DNA of 61,993 nt, counting the filler. It is 4 parts of 4 records of this genome, joined end to end, with 100 filler letters (N's around TTAATTAATTAA, not from the genome) between each part and the next. Parts side by side here need not be neighbours in the genome. Positions count along the whole stretch, not along the records: positions 1 to 22,089 come from DRR378314_345; positions 22,190 to 46,931 come from DRR378314_350; 2 more parts are not named here. One strand, 5' to 3'. The stretch's first letter is position 1. Every line of letters begins with the position of its first letter. Of the stretch, positions 20,379-30,615 are shown piece after piece. The notes beneath the pieces were generated by a model that saw nothing but the letters and a program-made list of their open reading frames with translations, was not told the origin of the DNA and made no database searches. The position numbers and the translations under genes are program-made.

Positions 20379-20394
20379 TTAACCACCACTTAAC
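20379..20394 (+). promoter_or_regulatory. CtrA binding box
   Basis: TTAA-CCACCAC-TTAAC, exact TTAA-N7-TTAAC consensus, ending 45 bp upstream of the nuclease ATG. Confidence 0.7.
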
Positions 20395-20438
20395 CCGTCC
20401 AAGCGAGCGTGCCCTCCAATTCCAAGGAGGCACAAAGC

Positions 20439-20927
20439 ATGCTGCGCGGCGGTCAGGTCAAATCCCTCTTGTATTCCGTGACGATTCTCGCCGGACTGAC
20501 CGGAGCGGTTGCCCTGGCAGCACAGGCCACGATTGATCAGGACGGCCTGGTCTATTGGTCAGATGGTGATTCCGGGCGCCTTCCGGATGGCACCAAATTC
20601 CGCCTGCATGGCGTGGACGCACCAGAAACCCGAAGCCTGAAACAGATTGGCGGCGCAGAGTGCGAGTCCGAGCGTGAGCTTGGCTATATCGCCAAGGAGA
20701 AAGTGCTCGAACTGACGCGCGACGCGGATATCAAGGTGACGCGTGACTACGGGCCGGACCGGTACAAGCGGCAGGTGGTCGATCTCAGCATCAATGGCGA
20801 AGACCTCGCTGCACGCTTGGTGGCCGAAGGCACGCACCAGGTTTGGGATTATGATGGCGGTGCCCCAAAGCCGGACTGGTGTGCGCCCCGGCGTCCCGCA
20901 TCCAATACCGCCCCGTTGAGCCCGTAA
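20439..20927 (+). CDS. thermonuclease (SNase-like) family protein, signal peptide
   Basis: SDGDS, FRLHGVDAPE, DRYKR, LVAEG; hydrophobic N-terminus; RBS AAGGAGG. Confidence 0.88.
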   Translation: MLRGGQVKSLLYSVTILAGLTGAVALAAQATIDQDGLVYWSDGDSGRLPDGTKFRLHGVDAPETRSLKQIGGAECESERELGYIAKEKVLELTRDADIKVTRDYGPDRYKRQVVDLSINGEDLAARLVAEGTHQVWDYDGGAPKPDWCAPRRPASNTAPLSP

Positions 20928-20993
20928 GCCTTCGCTCAGCTTGCCCCTCGAGTGAACACTGCCTAGGCTTGCCCAGGAAGCCATGAGGAATTG

Positions 20994-21746
20994 ATGCCGA
21001 TGTTCAATTTGCGCCTGGCGATTGCGCCGCTGATCCTGTCCGGACTTGCGGCGTGCGACGCGCTGGATCCCCCGCCCCCGCAGACTCAGAAAATGCCGAG
21101 TGCAGAGACGAAGGCGCCCGTCGTCACGGATCGCCCGCTTGGTCTGGATGAAATCAGGACGCCTGCCGGCATTCGTGTGTTGCCGGCGGAAAAGCGTGTT
21201 CTCGTCTTGTCAGGTCACGTTGCAGCCGGGGCCGCGCTATATCGTGCTGGCGACCGCGAAGCTGCCACATCGCATTTCGGCCGCCTGACGACTGATGGCA
21301 CAGCGACAGAACGCGCCGGTTTTGAAGCATTTGGGTTTGAACCCGCAGCGTTTGACGATTTTCCGACAGACCCCACAGGCGGAACTGAAACAAGCGCTGA
21401 TCCGTCAGAAGCGGAAGCCCACATTCTGGACGTGATCGCTGAAACCGGCACAAGGCCGCTGGATCAGATCCTGTTCCTGCTGGAACAGTGCTCTGACTCC
21501 TACGCCACTGGCGTGTTGGACGCCGCCATTGAGCGCCCCCTCGCCTATCAGGCGTCATATGGCTACGCGGTCATCGCCCGTGACATCGCCCGCCAGATCG
21601 AAGACGGAGATGATCTCCTGCTGGAACTGGAGATATTGGTGCGGATGTGGCCTGATGAAGGCCCGGTAGACGCCGACGCCGTTGCGCCGGAGCCTGCCAT
21701 CGGCACGCAGGTCGCCCGCGCGCGCCTTGCGGCCTCAATCCTTTAG
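20994..21746 (+). CDS. hypothetical lipoprotein
   Basis: Lipobox LAAC after hydrophobic leader (LAIAPLILSGLAAC). Confidence 0.7.
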   Translation: MPMFNLRLAIAPLILSGLAACDALDPPPPQTQKMPSAETKAPVVTDRPLGLDEIRTPAGIRVLPAEKRVLVLSGHVAAGAALYRAGDREAATSHFGRLTTDGTATERAGFEAFGFEPAAFDDFPTDPTGGTETSADPSEAEAHILDVIAETGTRPLDQILFLLEQCSDSYATGVLDAAIERPLAYQASYGYAVIARDIARQIEDGDDLLLELEILVRMWPDEGPVDADAVAPEPAIGTQVARARLAASIL

Positions 21747-22089
21747 AAGGGCATCAATAAACCCGACCGCCTCTATCGAACTCCAGTCGGCATCGCCAGC
21801 CAGCCGGGCAATCTCGAGACCAGCTTCATCGTACAGGATCGTCGTCGGGAATCCCTGAGCGCCGCTATCATAGACGATTTCATACTGCTCCGGCGTCGCA
21901 ATGTGGAAGGTGATGTTGCTCGCGCCCAGTTCCCCGAGCCTCTGCGCGGCATAGTCCCGGTCCTCCTCGGAATCGACACTGATCGCCACGACTTCAAACC
22001 GGTCGCCGCCACGCGCTGTCTGCAATGCGCCCAACGAGGGCATCTCCTTTTCGCAGGGTGCGCACCAGGTGGCCCAGAAATTCACCAGC
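21735..22089 (-). CDS. TlpA-family thiol-disulfide reductase (5' truncated by contig end)
   Basis: NFWATWCAPCEKEMPSL, GFPTT, GDADW. Confidence 0.92.
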
Positions 22090-22189
22090 NNNNNNNNNNN
22101 NNNNNNNNNNNNNNNNNNNNNNNNNNNNNNNNNTTAATTAATTAANNNNNNNNNNNNNNNNNNNNNNNNNNNNNNNNNNNNNNNNNNNN
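22090..22189. other. artificial contig spacer
   Basis: N44-TTAATTAATTAA-N44, stop codons in all six frames. Confidence 0.99.
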
Positions 22190-22350
22190 CGGAAGCATGG
22201 TGTTCAGGGACGGCGCCAAGCCGGGCATTCTCGCGGGCGGTGCAAAAGGCTTTCTTGATATGCCCTCCGCTGTTGTCGCGCGCCACGTAGGCCAGGCCTT
22301 TATCGCTGCGCAACAAAGGTCCAGATCGGGGAACGCCGTGCGATAGGATC
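22190..22350 (-). pseudogene. possible tyrosine recombinase/integrase fragment
   Basis: GPLLRSDKGLAYVARDNSGGHIKKAFCTARENARLG resembles the segment preceding the HxLRH box in alphaproteobacterial phage integrases; catalytic box not visible. Confidence 0.35.
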
Positions 22351-22470
22351 AGATCCGGTGCCCGCTGATCCACCCGCAAAAAAGCGTTATTGACCACACT
22401 AAATCGGGGAGGAGAAAATGCGCTGACACACGTTTGCATCCATTAGGCAAAGCGAGGCCAATCTCACGCC

Positions 22471-22509
22471 GCTATGTCCGACATAAAAGTTGACTTTGTC
22501 AGACATAGC
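22471..22509. promoter_or_regulatory. tandem GntR/FadR-type operators around a -35 element
   Basis: TATGTC-C-GACATA (22473-22485) and TTTGTC-A-GACATA (22495-22507) flanking TTGACT (22490-22495). Confidence 0.7.
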
Positions 22510-22547
22510 CTCAAAGATGGCTTCCAACGTGAAGGAGTTCCGCCAAG

Positions 22548-23279
22548 ATGACCGAGATTTCCACATCAGCCGACGCCATGCTGTCGCATGCCCGACGGCT
22601 CGAAAGCGGGCGCGACGTGATGGACACACTGGCCGAGTTGGTCGAGGTCGCGGGGTTGAAAGTGGGCGACCGCTTGCCGCCCGAGGTGGAGCTGGCCCGT
22701 AAATTGGGGGTCAGCCGGTCCAAAGTGCGCGAGGCGCTGATGTCCTGGCAGAAGATGGGCATCGTGATGCGCAACAAGGGTGCCGGCACGGTGCTCGTGG
22801 CCGAGGTGTCACGCGGTGCGATCCACATGCCGCTGACCCTGAAGATCGAGGCTGAAAGCTTGCTCAGGACACATGCCGTGCGACGGCCGCTGGAGATCGA
22901 GGCTGCCCGCCTGGCCGCGCGCAATGCCAGCGAACAGCAGCGCCGCGAGATCTTCGCACGGATGTCCGAACTGCTCGCTGTCTTTGAAGCGCGCGAGGAT
23001 TGGCGCGGCAGCGACCACCGGTTCCACCAGGCTATCCACGAAGCCAGCGGCAACCCGCTCTTCGGTCAGTTCATCGAGCAGATCCAGCGCGCCTTCGACA
23101 GCGTGTACCCGGCGCCTCTGGGCAAACCGCAGCTTGGCGAGAGCACGATTCCGATGCACCGGCCGCTGGCCGCGGCAATTGCCGCGGGCGACGAAGGGGA
23201 GGCGGGCCGCGTGATGGCCGAGATCCTCGATATCGTCGCCGATGAGGTAGCCCGTGAGATGGAGGCTGCCCGTGGATAA
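22548..23279 (+). CDS. GntR/FadR family transcriptional regulator
   Basis: GDRLPPEVELARKLGVSRSKVREAL HTH; FCD domain DHRFHQAIHEASGN; RBS AAGGAG. Confidence 0.93.
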   Translation: MTEISTSADAMLSHARRLESGRDVMDTLAELVEVAGLKVGDRLPPEVELARKLGVSRSKVREALMSWQKMGIVMRNKGAGTVLVAEVSRGAIHMPLTLKIEAESLLRTHAVRRPLEIEAARLAARNASEQQRREIFARMSELLAVFEAREDWRGSDHRFHQAIHEASGNPLFGQFIEQIQRAFDSVYPAPLGKPQLGESTIPMHRPLAAAIAAGDEGEAGRVMAEILDIVADEVAREMEAARG

Positions 23280-24438
23280 CCGCTTGCCCCAGACCGGTCT
23301 CAACATCGCCACGCTTTTGTCAGAACCCTATCGCGCCGCTGGAGGGATCGCCTCGGCGGTGCCACCGATCGTGCAGACCTCACTCTTTACGTTTGATGAT
23401 TATGCCGCATTCGAGGCGCGCATGTCGGGGCAAGCGGACAGTCCTATTTACACGCGCGTGCAGAACCCCACGGTCAGCGCCTTTGAGGATCTGATGGCGC
23501 GGGCAGAGCTTGCCGAAGAAGGGATCGGCTTTGCCTCAGGCATGGCGGCGATCTCGGGCACGCTGTTGTCGCTGTTGTCACCGGGGGATCGTATCGCTTG
23601 CATCACCCATGTCTATTCCGACACGTTCCGCCTGATGGAAACGCATCTGAAGCCCTGCGGTATCCAAGTAAGCTACCATGACCCAGAGGCCTTTGAGTCC
23701 GATCCCGATCTGCTGAAGGGGGTGCAGCTGGCTTATCTGGAGAGCCCTGGTTCGATGATGATGCGAACGATGGATCTCGCGCGGGTTGCAGAACACGCCC
23801 GCCGTCATGGTGCGCTGACCGTTATAGACAACACCTGGGCCACGCCTGTGCTTCAGACGCCAATCGCACACGAGATAGATGTTTCGCTGCATTCAGCCTC
23901 GAAATATATTGGCGGCCATTCTGACACGGTGGCCGGTGTCGTTTGTACCAGCGCCGAGATAGCGGCCCGGATTCGCGCGCATGCCCTTACGCTCTTTGGT
24001 GGCAAGCTCGCACCGCTCGAAGCGTTTCTGCTCACGCGCGGGTTGCGCACCCTGAGCGCGCGGATCGCACAGCATCAACGCGCCGCCGACCTTTTCGTAA
24101 GCAGACTTTCCGACCGGGCAGAAGTACGGGCGGTACATGCGCCGGGACAGAGCGGCACGCTCAAAGGGCGTTCTGGCCTTATGTCCGTTGAGTTCGCCAA
24201 CACCGTAAACATTCCCCGCTTCGCGGATGCCCTGCGCCTGTTCCGGCTGGGCGTCAGCTGGGGGGGCTTTGAAAGCCTCATTCAGCCCGCACGCGTGGGG
24301 CTGGCGCAGGCTGCGGAACCCAATCCGATGCGCCATTTCGGCGTGCCGGAGCAGCTTGTCCGACTCAGCCTCGGGTTGGAGGACCCTGAGGATCTCTGGG
24401 CGGACTTCTGCACAGCACTTGACGCAGCAACAGACTGA
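23272..24438 (+). CDS. Cys/Met metabolism PLP-dependent enzyme (cystathionine lyase/gamma-synthase family)
   Basis: VPPIVQTSLF, YTRVQNPT, FASGMAAI, LESP, DNTWATP, HSASKYIGGHSD (PLP lysine), GVSWGGFESL, VRLSLGLE; GTG start with GGAGG. Confidence 0.92.
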   Translation: MDNRLPQTGLNIATLLSEPYRAAGGIASAVPPIVQTSLFTFDDYAAFEARMSGQADSPIYTRVQNPTVSAFEDLMARAELAEEGIGFASGMAAISGTLLSLLSPGDRIACITHVYSDTFRLMETHLKPCGIQVSYHDPEAFESDPDLLKGVQLAYLESPGSMMMRTMDLARVAEHARRHGALTVIDNTWATPVLQTPIAHEIDVSLHSASKYIGGHSDTVAGVVCTSAEIAARIRAHALTLFGGKLAPLEAFLLTRGLRTLSARIAQHQRAADLFVSRLSDRAEVRAVHAPGQSGTLKGRSGLMSVEFANTVNIPRFADALRLFRLGVSWGGFESLIQPARVGLAQAAEPNPMRHFGVPEQLVRLSLGLEDPEDLWADFCTALDAATD

Positions 24439-24469
24439 AAAAACGGGAAAATCAACAGGAGGAAACCCC

Positions 24470-25729
24470 ATGAAACGTATTGCATTGCCCGCAGCGATGA
24501 CCGCCGTGCTGATGGCCTCGGGCGCGTATGCCGAGACGCAGCTGAAACTTGTTGAGGTGATCACCAGCCCTGAACGCACCAAGGTGTTGCAGCAGTTGGT
24601 CGACGAATATGAAGCCGCCAACGAGGGGGTCGAGGTGGAGATCGTTTCGCTGCCTTGGGGCCAGGCGTTCGAGAAGCTGGCAACCATGGTGGCCGGTGGT
24701 GATATTCCCGACGTGGTCGAGATGCCGGAGCGCTGGCTTTCGCTCTACGCAGGGGCCGACAAGCTGGTGAACCTGGAAGAGCACATCGCAAAATGGGAAC
24801 ATGGCGAGACGCTGTCGGACAAGACCATGGACATGGCGCGCTATGCCGGGGGCGAAGCGCACATGCTGCCATACGGCTTCTACCTGCGGGCAATGTTCTA
24901 CAACAAGAAGCTTCTCAACGAAGCTGGTGTCGAACCGCCCAAGACCATGGACGAATTCAAGCAGGCCGCTGCGGCAGTGTCCGAACTGGATGGCAAGTCG
25001 GGCTATTGCCTGCGCGGTGGTCCCGGCGGGCTGAACGCTTGGGTGATGATGGCCGCGGCGATGAACGGCACAAATGAATTTTTCACTGAGGACGGTCAGA
25101 GCCGGATCAATGAGCCGGGATCGGTCGAGGGTCTGCAATTCCTGATCGACATGTACCAGGATGGCAACGCGCCCCGCGACAGCGTCAACTGGGGCTTTAA
25201 CGAGATCGTAGCCGGCTTCTATTCCGGCACCTGCGCCTTCCTCGATCAGGATCCCGACGCGCTGATCGCAGTATCAGAGCGGATGCCAGCGGAGGATTTC
25301 GCGGTGATACCAATGCCGGTCGGTCCTTCAGGCAAGGCATTCCCGACCATGGGGTTCGTCGGCTGGTCGATCTTCAACACGACCGAGCATGAAGACGAGG
25401 CCTTCGATCTGGTCGCGCATCTGTCGACGCCTGAAACCAACGCCACATGGACCAAGCGCGTGGGCGTCATCCCAATCCACGAGGGCGCGGACGAAGATCC
25501 ATACTTCAAAACAGAGCAGTTCGCCGGCTGGTTCGAGACTATGGAAAGTGCAGACTATGTGCCCACCATCATGCCCAGTTATCTGGAACAGTTCGGATAT
25601 TTTGCAGACTCCATCGCACTGGATTCCAGCCAGGAAGCACTGCTGGGCCAGCGCAGCGCGCAGGACATCGCTGATGAATGGGCGGCCTTCCTGACCGAGC
25701 AATACGCCGTATGGAAGTCGGAGCAATGA
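24470..25729 (+). CDS. carbohydrate ABC transporter substrate-binding protein (CUT1)
   Basis: Sec leader MKRIALPAAMTAVLMASGAYA; GGDIPDVVEM; MFYNKKLL..AGVEPPKTMDEF; RBS AGGAGG. Confidence 0.92.
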   Translation: MKRIALPAAMTAVLMASGAYAETQLKLVEVITSPERTKVLQQLVDEYEAANEGVEVEIVSLPWGQAFEKLATMVAGGDIPDVVEMPERWLSLYAGADKLVNLEEHIAKWEHGETLSDKTMDMARYAGGEAHMLPYGFYLRAMFYNKKLLNEAGVEPPKTMDEFKQAAAAVSELDGKSGYCLRGGPGGLNAWVMMAAAMNGTNEFFTEDGQSRINEPGSVEGLQFLIDMYQDGNAPRDSVNWGFNEIVAGFYSGTCAFLDQDPDALIAVSERMPAEDFAVIPMPVGPSGKAFPTMGFVGWSIFNTTEHEDEAFDLVAHLSTPETNATWTKRVGVIPIHEGADEDPYFKTEQFAGWFETMESADYVPTIMPSYLEQFGYFADSIALDSSQEALLGQRSAQDIADEWAAFLTEQYAVWKSEQ

Positions 25730-26658
25730 CCTCTGCCACTAAAACAGTCACGCCCGGGGGATCCCGGGCGCGACGCTCCTTCTACCTGAGCTATTTCGTA
25801 GAGCCCTACCTCTACATAGGTCCGGCATTGATGTTGATCGGGGCTGTGATTTTGGTCCCGTTGATCCTCGGTATCTCTTATTCCTTCCAGTCAATCTCGC
25901 TGCTCAAGCCGTTCGACACCGGCTGGGTGGGGATCGAGAATTACATCGACCTGTGGTCGGACCGAAAGTTTTGGAAGGCCATCGAAAACACCGCGCTTTG
26001 GACCTTTGGATCGCTGGTCTTTCAGTTCTTCCTGGGCCTCGGCCTTGCGCTGATCCTGAATACAGCCTTTCCCGGCAAGCGGCTGTTCCAGGCGCTGGTG
26101 TTCCTGCCCTGGGCGGTGCCGACCTTCCTGACAGCGCTGACTTTTGCCTGGCTTTTCAACCCGGTCATCGGCCCCTTTCCACACTGGTTGGCGGAGCTCG
26201 GCATTCTTGATGAGCCCTACAACATCCTGGGCGACCCGAGCCTTGCGATGTGGGGGCCGATCCTGGCCAATATCTGGTTTGGCGTGCCGTTCTTTGCCAT
26301 CACCTTGCTGGCGGCGCTGCAATCCATTCCCAGCGAACTCTACGAGGCCGCCGAGATGGACGGCGCCAGTGACTGGCAATGCTTCGCCAAGATTACCCTG
26401 CCCTACCTTGCGCCGATGATCACCATCACCGTCATGCTGCGCACCATCTGGATCGCGAACTTCGCCGACATGATCTACGTGATGACCGGCGGCGGCCCAG
26501 CCGGATCGACCGAAATTCTGTCATCCTACGTCTTCACCACGGCCTTCCGAAAACTCGACTTCGGCTATGCGTCTGCCATCGCGGTCGCCCTTCTGTTCAT
26601 CCTTCTGATCTACGCACTGATCTTGCTGTTCGTACGTCGAAAGCTGGTCAAGACCTGA
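25726..26658 (+). CDS. carbohydrate ABC transporter permease (MalF-like)
   Basis: EAA loop LQSIPSELYEAAEMDGAS; MTGGGP; ATGA overlap. Confidence 0.93.
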   Translation: MTSATKTVTPGGSRARRSFYLSYFVEPYLYIGPALMLIGAVILVPLILGISYSFQSISLLKPFDTGWVGIENYIDLWSDRKFWKAIENTALWTFGSLVFQFFLGLGLALILNTAFPGKRLFQALVFLPWAVPTFLTALTFAWLFNPVIGPFPHWLAELGILDEPYNILGDPSLAMWGPILANIWFGVPFFAITLLAALQSIPSELYEAAEMDGASDWQCFAKITLPYLAPMITITVMLRTIWIANFADMIYVMTGGGPAGSTEILSSYVFTTAFRKLDFGYASAIAVALLFILLIYALILLFVRRKLVKT

Positions 26659-26670
26659 GGAGGCGCCCCC

Positions 26671-27510
26671 ATGTCCACAGTCACCCAACCCTCGGCCATG
26701 AGAACCACCGGCAAATACGCCGCCATCGGGTTCTACCTGATTTTCGCGCTGTTCCCGATCTACTGGCTGGTCAAGATCGCGCTGACGCCGGATGCGTTGA
26801 TCTATTCCGAGGGCACGCGAATGCTGCCCTCGACGCTGACCTTTGAGAATTTCGCAGCGGTGCTGCAAAGCGAGTTTCTCAGCTACTTCGCCAACAGCCT
26901 GATCGTGTCGCTGGGCGCGGCGACGGGCACCACGTTGGTCGCGGCCGGAGCTGGGTATTGCTTCTCGCGGTTCCGCTTCGCCGGCAAGAAGGTGATCATC
27001 GCCCTGCTGCTCATCACGCAGATGTTCCCACTGCTGATGATCATCGCGCCGATCTACAAAATCGTGGCTTCGCTGGGCCTGCTAAATTCGCTGACCAGCC
27101 TGATCGTGGTCTACACCGCCTTCAACGTCCCCTTCGCGACGTTCCTGATGCAATCTTTCTTCGACGGCATCCCGGAGGATCTGGAAGAGGCGGCGATGAT
27201 GGATGGCTGTTCGAGGTTTCAGGCACTGCGCAAGGTGGTTTTTCCGCTGACGCTTCCGGGACTTGGCGCGACGCTAGGCTTTGTCTTCACCGCGGCCTGG
27301 TCGGAACTGCTTTTCGCGCTCATGCTTATTTCCAAGAATGACACGATGACCTTCCCGGTCGGTTTGCTGACTTTCGTGTCGAAATTCTCGGTGGACTGGG
27401 GGCAGATGATGGCGGCGGGCACGCTGGCGCTGATCCCCAGCTGTCTCTTCTTCATCTTCATACAACGCTACCTCGTGCAGGGACTGACGTCCGGCGCGGT
27501 CAAGGGATAA
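26671..27510 (+). CDS. carbohydrate ABC transporter permease (MalG-like)
   Basis: IPEDLEEAAMMDGCS; QRYLVQGLTSGAVKG. Confidence 0.93.
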   Translation: MSTVTQPSAMRTTGKYAAIGFYLIFALFPIYWLVKIALTPDALIYSEGTRMLPSTLTFENFAAVLQSEFLSYFANSLIVSLGAATGTTLVAAGAGYCFSRFRFAGKKVIIALLLITQMFPLLMIIAPIYKIVASLGLLNSLTSLIVVYTAFNVPFATFLMQSFFDGIPEDLEEAAMMDGCSRFQALRKVVFPLTLPGLGATLGFVFTAAWSELLFALMLISKNDTMTFPVGLLTFVSKFSVDWGQMMAAGTLALIPSCLFFIFIQRYLVQGLTSGAVKG

Positions 27511-27521
27511 CGGAGGCGATC

Positions 27522-28601
<1,080 letters not shown>

Positions 28602-28675
28602 GCTGCCCCCCACCTGAGAGAACCGGCGAGGCGCCCAATGCGCCCCGTTCCCTTCCACTCATCCAGAGGTTCGCC

Positions 28676-28903
28676 GTGAATAAGCCAATGTCCCCCGCTT
28701 CCCCTGACATCGATCTGACCGAAACCGAAGAATGGATCGAAGCGCTCCACAGCTTCGTCGGCACTGGCAAGCCGGAGCCTGCGGAATACGTGGTGACCCA
28801 GTTGCAGGACCGCGCCCGCAATCGCGAGAACCTGCGTCGATATTTCGGCGGTGACCGCGAGACGATCAACCAAGCGGCGCTGCAAAGCTGCAAGGATGCG
28901 TAA
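28676..28903 (+). pseudogene. internally deleted homodimeric 2-oxoacid dehydrogenase E1 (AceE/MdeB-like) relic
   Basis: DIDLTETEEWIEALHS...AEYVVTQL resembles the AceE N-terminus; it is directly fused (about 28820) to NRENLRRYFGGDRETINQAAL, resembling the AceE C-terminal RENLRxxFEVD..I..AAL motif. Confidence 0.7.
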
Positions 28904-28943
28904 CATGTCCCCATTCTCGAACCCCGACCAACTAGGAGCCCCG

Positions 28944-30212
28944 ATGACCGACCATCCCTCGCTCGGCGCCTCGGACACCGAGGCCAGCTGGCTGCAAGAC
29001 TCCGCCCATCGCGACTGGCTGGCCCGGCACGCCTTGACGCAGTTTGCCTTCTTCCGTCGCTGTCTGCGGCCCGAGCCAGGGTTTCACCTGCTGGACACCG
29101 ACGGCAGCCCGATCTCCGGCGCTCCGCAGCAGCTGCATGACACGTCCCGGCTGGTGCATTCCTTCGCCCTCGGGCAAATCGCGGGCGTTCCGGATGCGGT
29201 GGAGGTGGTCGATAAAGGCATGGACTTTCTCTGGTCGCATCATCGCGACAGGCAACATGGAGGTTACCTCTATGCCTTGGATGACGCAGCTGTGTTCGAC
29301 GGGGTCAAGCTGGCCTACGGTCATGTTTTCGTCCTGCTGGCCGGTGCCAGCGCCAAGCTCTGCGGCCATCCCGACGCAGATCGGCTGATCGCCGATGTGA
29401 CCGAGGTTCTGGACAGCCGCTTCTGGGACGAGGACCGCGGACTGTTCGCCGACGAGTTCAATCGCGACTGGGCGCCGTTCTCCAACTATCGCGGCATGAA
29501 CGCCAACATGCATGGAATCGAAGCACTGCTCACCGCCCATGAGGCCACGGGCGAGTCGACATATCTATCCCGCGCCGGCCGCATTCTCGATTTTTTCACC
29601 GCGCGCATCGCGCCCACGCATGGCTGGCGTCTGCCCGAGCACTACACCGCCGACTGGCAGGTCGACCCGGACTACGAAGGCAACCCGATGTTCCGCCCCG
29701 CTGGCACCACGCCCGGCCATTCCTTCGAACTGGCAAGGCTCCTGCTGCAACAATGGGACCTGAACGGCCGCCCAGATGACGGCGCCCCTGCGCGGGCGCG
29801 CAGCCTGTTCGAGACAGCCCTGAGCGACGCTGCGGACCCGGAGCGCGGTGGCTTTGTCTACACCGTCGGGATCGACGGTCAATGGATGCGCCGGTCGCGC
29901 TATTGGTGGCCGGTGACTGAAGCCATCGGCGCGGTGGCAACCTTCCTCAAACTTGACTGGCGTGAAACGGATGAGGCGCTGTACCGTGAGCTCTGGCGCT
30001 TCGCCGCGGACCACCTGATCGATCAGGAGTACGGTGGATGGTTCCCCGAGCTCGACGACGCCAACCGCCCGGTGCACACTCAATTCACCGGCAAGCCGGA
30101 CATCTACCACTCGATCCAGGCGTCTCTGTTTCCTTTGGTACCCAGGCTGTCGCACGTTGCCGCGAACCTAAAGGGGTGCTTTGATCATGCGACCCGAGGT
30201 GAAGGGGACTAA
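28944..30212 (+). CDS. AGE-family sugar epimerase/isomerase (YihS/mannose isomerase-like)
   Basis: RLVHSF, KLAYGHVF, YRGMNANMH, GTTPGHSFE, RYWWPVTE, GKPDIYH; RBS AGGAG. Confidence 0.92.
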   Translation: MTDHPSLGASDTEASWLQDSAHRDWLARHALTQFAFFRRCLRPEPGFHLLDTDGSPISGAPQQLHDTSRLVHSFALGQIAGVPDAVEVVDKGMDFLWSHHRDRQHGGYLYALDDAAVFDGVKLAYGHVFVLLAGASAKLCGHPDADRLIADVTEVLDSRFWDEDRGLFADEFNRDWAPFSNYRGMNANMHGIEALLTAHEATGESTYLSRAGRILDFFTARIAPTHGWRLPEHYTADWQVDPDYEGNPMFRPAGTTPGHSFELARLLLQQWDLNGRPDDGAPARARSLFETALSDAADPERGGFVYTVGIDGQWMRRSRYWWPVTEAIGAVATFLKLDWRETDEALYRELWRFAADHLIDQEYGGWFPELDDANRPVHTQFTGKPDIYHSIQASLFPLVPRLSHVAANLKGCFDHATRGEGD

Positions 30213-30472
30213 AGAGAAAACGGGTCGCACGCGCGCCGATCCGTGTAACAATCGACAGTTGGATTGACGCCCCGAGCCCGAAAGGCTGTGCGACGAAGTC
30301 GCGCAGAAAAGCCACGTAAAGAGGTCAAAATCAGCGCCTCGGAGCAGTCGCAAACCCGTTCACTGACAAGGGTCCTCAACGTTCCGACCGGGACAAGAGC
30401 CTCCTCGCAACCGCAGGATCATCGATGATTTGCTGCACCTCGCTCACCGCTTCAAGGTCAACTTGTCCAAAT

Positions 30473-30615
30473 CCGTAAATTTTGCAGTTCGTCGATGTCC
30501 AGAAATGTCCGTTATGTCGCCTTTTATCGCAGAATGGCGCAGATATACTTGCTTAAGGAGCAACGGGCTTCATACTTGCATCAGGAAGAAAATGCATGGG
30601 CCGTAAATTTTGCAG
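30473..30615 (+). repeat. perfect 15-bp direct repeat pair upstream of tupB
   Basis: CCGTAAATTTTGCAG at 30473-30487 and 30601-30615. Confidence 0.85.

Noticed and set aside
22134-22145. TTAATTAATTAA as a biological repeat, CtrA site or att site
   Set aside because: Identical in all three N gaps; a six-frame stop linker.
28944-30212. Sulfoquinovose (sulfo-EMP) pathway suggested by the YihS-like gene
   Set aside because: No sulfoquinovosidase, kinase, aldolase or reductase in the operon; AGE family membership alone does not fix the substrate.
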